Positions 7,345 to 14,505 of a stretch of DNA of 64,000 bases are shown in pieces. Origin of the DNA: Candidatus Fermentithermobacillaceae bacterium (GTDB lineage Bacteria; Bacillota; Sulfobacillia; Fermentithermobacillales; Fermentithermobacillaceae); assembly GCA_012841375.1 (NCBI GenBank), contig DUUV01000028.1:563-64562 (forward strand), given 5' to 3'. The position numbers and the translations under genes were made by a program. The notes beneath the pieces are model-generated. The model searched no databases, was not told the origin of the DNA, and saw only the letters and a list, made by a program, of their open reading frames with translations. The number at the start of each line of letters is the position of its first letter. The first letter of the stretch is position 1.

Positions 7345-9678
7345 CTACACGATCGCCCACAGCCCGGAGATGATTCCGGTGATGAAGAGCGTCGCGACCC
7401 AGTCTCTCCACGTGATCGCGAACGAGACCCGGTAAGTCCTGTCGCGGTAGAGCCCGAACGCCCGGCCCTCCATGGAGATCGTGAGGTTGTCCACCTTCTC
7501 CAGAGCCGATATCACCAGGGGCATGACTGTGTACTTGACGTAACGGGGGAGACTCTTTAGGCCGGCGGAGCCCACGTCAATTCCCTTGCTAAGCTGGGCG
7601 TTCCTCACCTGAACCATCTCGTATCCGAAGATCGGGATAAACCTTAAGGCCACAACCAGCATAAAGCCGTACCGGTAGGGGAGTCCTGCCTGCATTAGGG
7701 AGTAGGCCAGGTGGTTCGGGTCGGTGGTGACGACAAAAAGGAAACTGGTGAAGATGACGTTCAGGAACCGAAGGGCCAGGCCAATGCCTCTCACCAATCC
7801 CTGAGACCACACGACCACACTGACCCGGCCCAGAGAAAACAAAGGGATAGGCGTGCCTTGCTTGAAGAAGAACATCTGGGCCAGCAATACGGTGGCGGAA
7901 AACACCGTCAGGACCCTCAGCCTTCTGCGGAAGCGGTCGAACCCGGCACCGCTGAGAGCCGCCCCCAGCACCAGGGAGGCGGACAGCACGGCTTGGCGGG
8001 ATATCCCGGATGCGGAGAAAGCGAGCACGGTGATGAGGACGAGCAAGAAAGCCTTGCACAGCGGGTTCAACGAGTGGAGGAACGAATGGCCCGGCTGAAA
8101 GCCTAACACTCTGGGCGATATACCCGGACGAACACCGGCAGCGTTGTCAGCCGTGCGCCGGGAAGACTTGCTCCCAAGGCGTCCGTCCTCATCGAACTCG
8201 CTCTCGGAGTGGGCAGCGAACGGGGTGAACTCGTGCCTTCCCATCTCCCGGAGCGCTTCAAACGCCCGATCGGTGTCCGCATCGACCGCTACGCATCCGT
8301 CCTGGAGGAAAATGACTCTTGAACACATCGCTTGGACCAGCTCCGGATCATGGCAGACCATAAGGGTCGCCCCGCCTTGCCGGACGTGGGCCGCCAGTTC
8401 CTCCGCAATTGCACTCACCATATCAGGGTCCTGTCCCGTGAACGGTTCGTCCAGGAGCAGGAGCTTCCGGTCGTACACCAGGAGCGACGTCATGTTGAGG
8501 CGCTTCTTTTGCCCCATGCTGAGAGAGAAGGGACTTCTGTCCTCAAGCCCGGCCAGCCCGAACCTCTCCGTTATCTCCTGAAGTCTGCCGGAAGGGCTCT
8601 TTCCCAACCCTTCGGCCGTAAGCATGATCTCGCGGCTGACTGTGCTTTCAGACACCTGGTGATTAGGGTTCTGAAATGAGAGGCCCACAAACCCTGCCCG
8701 TTCCCGGACCGGCGTCCTCACAGCCTCTGCTCCGCCCAACGCGATAGAGCCGCCCGTCGGCTCAATGAGGCCCATGATCGTAGAAAGCAGGGTTGACTTG
8801 CCGCTCCCGTTATCGCCCATGAGAGCCACGATCTCGCCCGGCCGGATCTCGAGTGAGACATCCTGGAGCACTTGCCGCTGTCCGTACCCAGCGCACAGGT
8901 CCCTAATGGATAGAAGCGGCGGTCCCTGGCTTCCGGTCTCGTCTTTCGTCCGGACAATCCTCCCGGCAATCCGCCTGGCCGCCTGAACGAGGGGCCTGCC
9001 TTGCTCCTCGAAGACGTTCCCGTTCTCTACTCGTATCAGTCTGTCTGACAAGCGGGCGAGATGTCTCAGCCGGTGTTCCACGACCATTATCGCTGTGCCC
9101 GTCTTTTTCAGGGCGGATAGCGTGTCCAACACCGCCCGGGTACCTGACGGGTCGAGATTGGCCGTGGGTTCGTCCAAGACGATGACCTTGGGACGGAGGA
9201 CCAAAATGGAGGCTATGGCCACACGCTGCTTCTCACCGCCGGACAGGGAATAGACGTCTCTCTGGGCAAGGTGCTCCGCTCGGCAGGTCTTGAGCGCTTC
9301 CATGACCCTGCCCTCAATCTCCCGGGCAGGGACCTTCAGGTTTTCCAGGCCGAAGGCCACCTCGTCCATCACTGTCAGGGTGCAGAGCTGGGCTTCGGGA
9401 TCCTGGCGCACCATCCCGATGGTGCCCAAGAGTTGAACAGGGGAATGTGAGCGGGTATCCAGACCGCCGATCAAGACTTCGCCCGTCATCTCGCCGGCGA
9501 TGGAGTGGGGGATAAACCCTGCCATGGCCAAGCAAAGGGTGGACTTGCCGCCTCCGCTTGGCCCGGTTACGGTCGTGAACGACCCTTCGGACAGGGAGAG
9601 CGACACCCCCGACAGAGCGTGCCGTGTGCCGCCCCTGTAACGGAAGGACAAGTCCCTTATGTCTACCGCAACGTTCAC
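7345..9678 (-). CDS. Single-chain ECF module: two ATPase domains fused to an EcfT transmembrane domain
   Basis: NBD1 GPSGGGKST / LSGGEKQR / VLDEPT. NBD2 GDNGSGKST / LSMGQKKR / LLDEPF. C-terminal EcfT motifs LHSLNP..K, ALRFIP, NAQLSKG and SMEGRAF. Confidence 0.9.
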   Translation of the reverse strand: MNVAVDIRDLSFRYRGGTRHALSGVSLSLSEGSFTTVTGPSGGGKSTLCLAMAGFIPHSIAGEMTGEVLIGGLDTRSHSPVQLLGTIGMVRQDPEAQLCTLTVMDEVAFGLENLKVPAREIEGRVMEALKTCRAEHLAQRDVYSLSGGEKQRVAIASILVLRPKVIVLDEPTANLDPSGTRAVLDTLSALKKTGTAIMVVEHRLRHLARLSDRLIRVENGNVFEEQGRPLVQAARRIAGRIVRTKDETGSQGPPLLSIRDLCAGYGQRQVLQDVSLEIRPGEIVALMGDNGSGKSTLLSTIMGLIEPTGGSIALGGAEAVRTPVRERAGFVGLSFQNPNHQVSESTVSREIMLTAEGLGKSPSGRLQEITERFGLAGLEDRSPFSLSMGQKKRLNMTSLLVYDRKLLLLDEPFTGQDPDMVSAIAEELAAHVRQGGATLMVCHDPELVQAMCSRVIFLQDGCVAVDADTDRAFEALREMGRHEFTPFAAHSESEFDEDGRLGSKSSRRTADNAAGVRPGISPRVLGFQPGHSFLHSLNPLCKAFLLVLITVLAFSASGISRQAVLSASLVLGAALSGAGFDRFRRRLRVLTVFSATVLLAQMFFFKQGTPIPLFSLGRVSVVVWSQGLVRGIGLALRFLNVIFTSFLFVVTTDPNHLAYSLMQAGLPYRYGFMLVVALRFIPIFGYEMVQVRNAQLSKGIDVGSAGLKSLPRYVKYTVMPLVISALEKVDNLTISMEGRAFGLYRDRTYRVSFAITWRDWVATLFITGIISGLWAIV

Positions 9679-10709
9679 TTCACTACCAACTTGCTGACCT
9701 TCTGCACCCAGTATCCACCTTCGTAGTTTCCGGCAACCAGCCGCAAGGTATCTCCTTCTTCGATGATGATCATCCGGTCATCTGCCATCACGTCGGCAAG
9801 ATCAAAGTCAACCTGATAGCCATCGGATGCCACCACCGTCACGGTCTTTGACCCGGGCTTCGGGCCGGCCTCGCTCAAGATATCAGTGACAAGCACCCCC
9901 GTGTACTCCCTGGGGGCGACATAAGTGACCTGTCCTTTGAGCTCGGCAACTACGGTGACCTTTTCCAGCCTGGAGATGTCCACGGCGAGAGGTTTCTCCA
10001 CGTTGCCCTCCACGCCCAGCGCCGCGCCTTTCCAAGGGGCCTCATAGACATTAGTGAAGTAGTATCCTGCACCCACGGCCAACGCTACAGCCAAGGCCAG
10101 GGTGACATAACGGACTGACTTGGGCGAGGATGGGACCGAGACCGGGGCTTCCTGCATCATGCTGGGACGCACTTGGTGGACCGTTGTGAGCACCGAGTAA
10201 CCGAAGCCGCCGGCAAACAAAGCTCCCGACACCAGCGACAGAAAGGTGATGAACGCCAGGTAGCCCCATGGAGCCCCCGAGAAATACACCAACTGGAACA
10301 CAATGACGTTGGCGGCGGAGGCGATGGCGCCCCCTGTGATATAGGAGAGGACGCTGCGCCTTCTAGTACCCGCAAGCAAGAGGTCGACCACCAAACCCTG
10401 TACCAGTGACACTATGACGATGACAGACCCGTGGGTGCTGCCTGTAAGGAGTTCCACGGTGCCTTTGACCAACCCGCAAAGCGAACCTGCGCCGAAGGAC
10501 CGCACCAGTCCCGCCGCCAGCACTATCCAGAAGACATGGAGCCCGGATACGAACTGGCCCGCCCCGAACGGTACGCCGAGCAAGTTGTTCAGGAGAGTGC
10601 CAAGATAGCCCACATAGGTGCTCATGACCCCTCCCAGCCCGCTCAGGACTGCTATGATCAGGAGGTCTCTGGTGGAAAACCTGTACGGTTTCGCGGGTGC
10701 TGCTCTCAC
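9675..10709 (-). CDS. ECF S-component (YkoE-like) fused through an extra TM helix to an Oxidored_molyb-like (SUOX-fold) domain
   Basis: FSTRDLLIIAVL...GLHVFWIVLAAGLVR..GAG...VELLTG...SLVQGLVVDL fits the S-component pattern. The tail carries YTGV, ASDGY, LRLV and WVQKVSKLVV. GTGA overlaps on both sides. Confidence 0.78.
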   Translation of the reverse strand: MRAAPAKPYRFSTRDLLIIAVLSGLGGVMSTYVGYLGTLLNNLLGVPFGAGQFVSGLHVFWIVLAAGLVRSFGAGSLCGLVKGTVELLTGSTHGSVIVIVSLVQGLVVDLLLAGTRRRSVLSYITGGAIASAANVIVFQLVYFSGAPWGYLAFITFLSLVSGALFAGGFGYSVLTTVHQVRPSMMQEAPVSVPSSPKSVRYVTLALAVALAVGAGYYFTNVYEAPWKGAALGVEGNVEKPLAVDISRLEKVTVVAELKGQVTYVAPREYTGVLVTDILSEAGPKPGSKTVTVVASDGYQVDFDLADVMADDRMIIIEEGDTLRLVAGNYEGGYWVQKVSKLVVK

Positions 10710-12358
10710 CTCGGTCTCACCTCCAGTCTGACCACGTTCTTAACCCATCTGGCGCCGGCCGATTCATATATGCCCCAGCCTTGACCTTCGACTGACGTAC
10801 CGGCGCAATCATCATTGCTGTAGACTCCGTCCGGCGGAAAGAAAGCGATCCTGTAGCCTTCCTGCCAATCGGGCGGCGTCTTTCCATCCGCGCTGAGGGC
10901 CACTATCATGTCACCCTGGATCTCAAGCCATGAGTCGTCGGGGAACACGTTCCGGTACGAGAATTCCTGAGCGTACCCGTCGGACGCGTAAACCACCAGG
11001 GTATCGGACTCTTCCATCCCGCCTACAAGGTCCAGGAGCACTCTCACCGGCACTCCACGATACAGCCTCTCGGCGCTCAGGTTCTCATAGCGGTTTTGAT
11101 ACTTGACCTTTGCTTCCCGCGTTTCGAGTCCCGAAAGCTCTTCCAGTGAGAGGAGCATCTCTCCGCCTTTGCCGCTGAGCACCAGATCATCGCTTGCGTA
11201 ACCGGCAGGCTTCTCGACAGGGGTGACCGTTATCCCGGCGGGTGTGGCCTCTACCACGGCAAAGTGATGGAAGCCGCCATCCTGGGGAGAGGCGTAGAGA
11301 CCAGCGCCGCCTCCACCGCTGGTAACGAACGTCACGCCTTCGACTGCGTTCTGGCTGAACATGTGGACGTGGCCGTTGAAGACGGCTTTGACCACGTTCT
11401 CAGGGTCGGTCAACACATCCAAAAGGGAAGCGGCCTCAACCTGGTCCAAGAAGCAGTGGTCTTCGCCCCGGGGGTCAAAGGGCGGCACGTGCATGAACAC
11501 GAGCTTGGGTGACCCCGACGCCCCCAGCGTCTCACGAAGCCAGGAAAGCCCCTCGGGACCGAGTCCCAGGGAGGAGGTATCCAGGAAAACCACTCTCCAT
11601 CCCGCGTAGTCAAAGTAGCGGTTGGGCTGACCAAATCTCGCCTGAAAGAGATCACTGTCAGAATCCCTGACATCGTGGTTTCCCGGAACCGCGAAGCACG
11701 GGACGCCAAGAGCCGAGAGCGCCTCATCGAACGCCTCGAACTCCCGCGAAGCGCCCGATGGGGTCATATCGCCCAGGTGCACAAGGAATTCCGCTTCGGA
11801 TTCGTTGATCAGTGGGACCATACTGCTAAAAACATTGTTTCGTCCCTGGGTGTCGCCTATGACCGCGAAGCGCAGCGGCTCTGTCTCTTGAGGCGTGGTT
11901 TCAAGGATGATCCTCCCGGAGCCCCTTTTCACCAAAACTTCCATGGAGGTGGGGGAGAGCCTCTTGGTTTCGATCACGGGCTCCGCGCCGGGTCGGTTCG
12001 AGCCTGCCTCAGGGCCATGAACCTCTATCGAGACAGCATCCGCCCTGATGTTCAATACCGATATGGTGAACGTCCGCCTGTCCGACGGGTCTCTCTCCAG
12101 ATCGACGCGAAGCGTCGTGGACAGCGCCTTCACAACGGCACTATCACGGGTCACACTTTGGGCCAAGCCTCCTGTCACGGACAGTTTGGGATCGGGGAGA
12201 TCCTTGCAGCCCGAGAGGCCGGCGGCCAAGACAAGGATAGCCAGGACCGTCCAAGCCGCCACCAGGGGCTGCGCCCCGTAGAACCGCCTGAAAGGACTCA
12301 AGCGAGTCCGGCGAGGTCTCACGGCTCGCGCCCGCGATGCTTTGGGAAAGATGGTCAT
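10706..12358 (-). CDS. Lipoprotein: calcineurin-like metallophosphoesterase fused to a C-terminal Oxidored_molyb-like domain
   Basis: Lipobox LSGC. Phosphoesterase motifs GDTQG, HLGD, GNHD, FMH and GHVH. C-terminal YRGVPV, ASDGY, YRIAF and WVKNVVRLEV. Confidence 0.82.
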   Translation of the reverse strand: MTIFPKASRARAVRPRRTRLSPFRRFYGAQPLVAAWTVLAILVLAAGLSGCKDLPDPKLSVTGGLAQSVTRDSAVVKALSTTLRVDLERDPSDRRTFTISVLNIRADAVSIEVHGPEAGSNRPGAEPVIETKRLSPTSMEVLVKRGSGRIILETTPQETEPLRFAVIGDTQGRNNVFSSMVPLINESEAEFLVHLGDMTPSGASREFEAFDEALSALGVPCFAVPGNHDVRDSDSDLFQARFGQPNRYFDYAGWRVVFLDTSSLGLGPEGLSWLRETLGASGSPKLVFMHVPPFDPRGEDHCFLDQVEAASLLDVLTDPENVVKAVFNGHVHMFSQNAVEGVTFVTSGGGGAGLYASPQDGGFHHFAVVEATPAGITVTPVEKPAGYASDDLVLSGKGGEMLLSLEELSGLETREAKVKYQNRYENLSAERLYRGVPVRVLLDLVGGMEESDTLVVYASDGYAQEFSYRNVFPDDSWLEIQGDMIVALSADGKTPPDWQEGYRIAFFPPDGVYSNDDCAGTSVEGQGWGIYESAGARWVKNVVRLEVRPR

Positions 12359-12448
12359 CCGGGATCACCTTCTCGCGACAGGACGGCCGCCGCATGGGAG
12401 TCTCCTTGACTCAAGGCCCTGGAGCGGCCGCCTGTGCGGTTATTGTCC

Positions 12449-13465
12449 TTATTCCGGCAGGTTCACCAGTCTGATCTCGGCAATCTGCTTAACCCCGTGC
12501 TTCTTGCTGGGCAAGCCGGAACCGACCAATCTGAGGGGGCCTTCATCCTCGCCCAGAGGTTTCCCGTCGACTTTGTAGGCAACGATGATGTCCGCGTTGT
12601 AGGCAACCTCCTGGGAAGTGAATTCGACAGTCATGCCGTCTGCCGCGACCACCTCAATGGTGTAGCCCTTGTCTGCCAGACCTTTGTTGAAGAGGTAATG
12701 CCCTCCTTCGGCATCGCCACCGTCGAACATGGATATGACGAGCCAGAGGGGCACCCCCTCATAGACGATAGCGTCGCCTTCTTTGGTCGTCGTCTCAAAT
12801 GTCGCGGCAGGATGGGGAGTATCGGGGCATTCGGCCATGCTTTCGAAGCTCGAGCGGTCCAGCCCAACCGACTCCACTCCGGTCAGGGCGATCTCCCAAT
12901 CCGACAGCCCCTCAACCACAGTCAACTCGGCGACGGACTTTACCCAGAAGTGTCCGTCAGAGACGGCTCCATCGGGCGAAGAGAACCCGAGCCTGGGAAG
13001 CTCGGACGAGAATAGATCGCCGTCGCTGGATGTGATCAACATGGTGTCGAGGTCTGTCACCTTGAGGGCCTGGCCGTCTTCACCGTAGACCATGAGAAGT
13101 CCCTTGACCTGCTCATATGTGAGGGTCATCGTGTAGCCGTCGGATGCGGTGACGGCCAGAGCGTCGTCCTCGGTGAAGCCGCCTGCCTTCTCAAGGACTT
13201 CGTCGATGCTTACGCCCGAGAACGTGTCGGGACCGACAATGGTGCCCGTGGTCTTTATGAAACCACCTTTGCCGTCTTTAACCTCAAGAGAAGAAAGGTC
13301 GATTTCGTGGGAAGTACCGTCCCTGGCGACAACCCGAACAGAGTAGGACGGCGATGCCGGGGGATCGGGCGGCGTGGGATTGGCCTCACCGCAGGCCGCC
13401 AGAAGAACCATGGACAACACGAGGGCTAAGCCCAAGAAAACCGGTGTTCTTCGCTTCAAGCTCAC
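12449..13465 (-). CDS. Lipoprotein with two tandem Oxidored_molyb-like (SUOX-fold) domains
   Basis: GGAGG RBS before GTG 13465 and lipobox LAAC. Domain 1: FSGV, ASDGY, PRLG, WVKSVAEL. Domain 2: YEGVPL, AADG, GPLRLV, GVKQIAEI. Confidence 0.8.
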   Translation of the reverse strand: MSLKRRTPVFLGLALVLSMVLLAACGEANPTPPDPPASPSYSVRVVARDGTSHEIDLSSLEVKDGKGGFIKTTGTIVGPDTFSGVSIDEVLEKAGGFTEDDALAVTASDGYTMTLTYEQVKGLLMVYGEDGQALKVTDLDTMLITSSDGDLFSSELPRLGFSSPDGAVSDGHFWVKSVAELTVVEGLSDWEIALTGVESVGLDRSSFESMAECPDTPHPAATFETTTKEGDAIVYEGVPLWLVISMFDGGDAEGGHYLFNKGLADKGYTIEVVAADGMTVEFTSQEVAYNADIIVAYKVDGKPLGEDEGPLRLVGSGLPSKKHGVKQIAEIRLVNLPE

Positions 13466-13534
13466 ATACACCTCCGTGTGAAAGTAACCGATCTTTGATA
13501 GGAGCATGGGGCCATTGTGTAGTAGCCGGTAGGG

Positions 13535-13564
13535 TCATCCATACGGAGGCACACCAATACGCAT
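13535..13564 (-). other. Possible 9-codon leader ORF (MRIGVPPYG*) behind the riboswitch Shine-Dalgarno
   Basis: GGAAAGGAG-tggttcaa-ATG CGT ATT GGT GTG CCT CCG TAT GGA TGA on the minus strand. Confidence 0.35.
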
Positions 13565-13571
13565 TTGAACC

Positions 13572-13667
13572 ACTCCTTTCCAAATACGGGAGGCCCAGGC
13601 GTTTCCGCCAAGACCCTATCGGCCGCCCCGCCGTGGCCCTACTGCTTTAGGCAAGACGGCTCGGAGT
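13572..13667 (-). ncRNA. Moco/Tuco riboswitch (Moco RNA motif), P3-less variant
   Basis: ACUCCGA-GCCGUCUUGC-CUAA..-GCGGGGCGGC-CGAU-AGGGU..GGCG GAAA CGCC..GCCUCCCGUAUUUGGAAAGGAGU. P1 ACUCC/GGAGU, a fully paired 10-bp P2, a GNRA-capped P4, and the hallmark CCUCCCGUAUUUGGAAAGG 3' tract. Confidence 0.88.
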
Positions 13668-13803
13668 CGCGCCTCATTGTTTCGACACCGGGAGCGCGAA
13701 ATCCTTCGGAGGAAAGCGGGTTCATGCTGTGCAGCGTACCGGTGATTACCGTCATGTAGCAGGGCTGTATTAGCCGTTCGCCCCGCCGGCCTCCGCCCAA
13801 ACT

Positions 13804-14307
13804 CTAGGGAGCGCCGTCGTCTCCGTGTAACCCAGGGAACGCTCCCGCGCGGTACCTGCCATCCTCTCTCAAGATGCTGAGAAGAGCTTTCTCGGCGTCG
13901 CTCAGTGTCAGGCAGTCTTCGGGAAGGGGGAGGAGCTCGGGGATCTCCAACACCTCTTCGCCGTCCCGGGTCGCCTTGCGCGCGAGGCCCAAGTCAACCA
14001 GCAGTTTGACTATTCCCCGGAGGCTCTTCCGGTACGGTTTCCCGTACTCTTCGGCGAACCGCCGTTCCACGTCCTCTTTGGCGCAAGCCTGTCTCGGGTC
14101 GGGTGTGTAGTTCTTGGCCTCGGCGTGCCACCTTTCGAGCCATTTCCACATTTCCTCCCCCTTGCAGCCCGACCAGCCCAGAATGGCAATGGATGTGAAG
14201 GTCACCCCGGCTTCGGCCGGAAGGTGCCGGTGCCACCCGAGCCCAAGAAATTGGCGCACTTGGGGCAAAGACGTCCACATGGTAGCGTTTTTCTCCTCTT
14301 CGTACAT
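13804..14307 (-). CDS. Hypothetical protein (weak resemblance to DUF6042 or winged-helix proteins)
   Basis: GAGGTG RBS before ATG 14307. Contains GWHRHLP, LVDLGL and IPELLPLPEDCL. Confidence 0.55.
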   Translation of the reverse strand: MYEEEKNATMWTSLPQVRQFLGLGWHRHLPAEAGVTFTSIAILGWSGCKGEEMWKWLERWHAEAKNYTPDPRQACAKEDVERRFAEEYGKPYRKSLRGIVKLLVDLGLARKATRDGEEVLEIPELLPLPEDCLTLSDAEKALLSILREDGRYRAGAFPGLHGDDGAP

Positions 14308-14505
14308 CCTGATCACCTCAGAGGACCCGTTCGCCGCACCCAATGGGAATTCCTGCCAATTAAGACAGAAAGTTGTCGGGGAAGCTGTCTTTTCGCGGTG
14401 CCGTGGACTTACGCAGGACTGAGCCCGGTCCGGTCAGAATCCATCCTTGGATGCGGGAGGCCATCTTCCTCTGAGTGCGCATAACGTCTAGTAGGCATCT
14501 CTTAA

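Noticed and set aside
7265-7351. 8-bp inverted repeat GTGTAGAT/ATCTACAC between convergent genes, as a possible MITE
   Set aside because: Short repeat, no target-site duplication and no second copy seen in the window. Likely chance or part of a terminator region.
12200-12358. Tat signal in the metallophosphoesterase lipoprotein (PRRTR, FRRFY)
   Set aside because: Does not fit the S/T-R-R-x-F-L-K consensus well. An Arg-rich n-region with a lipobox explains it, though a predictor should be run.
13466-13507. Longer start (ATG 13507) for the SUOX-like lipoprotein
   Set aside because: No RBS there. GGAGG precedes GTG 13465, which gives a proper signal peptide and lipobox.
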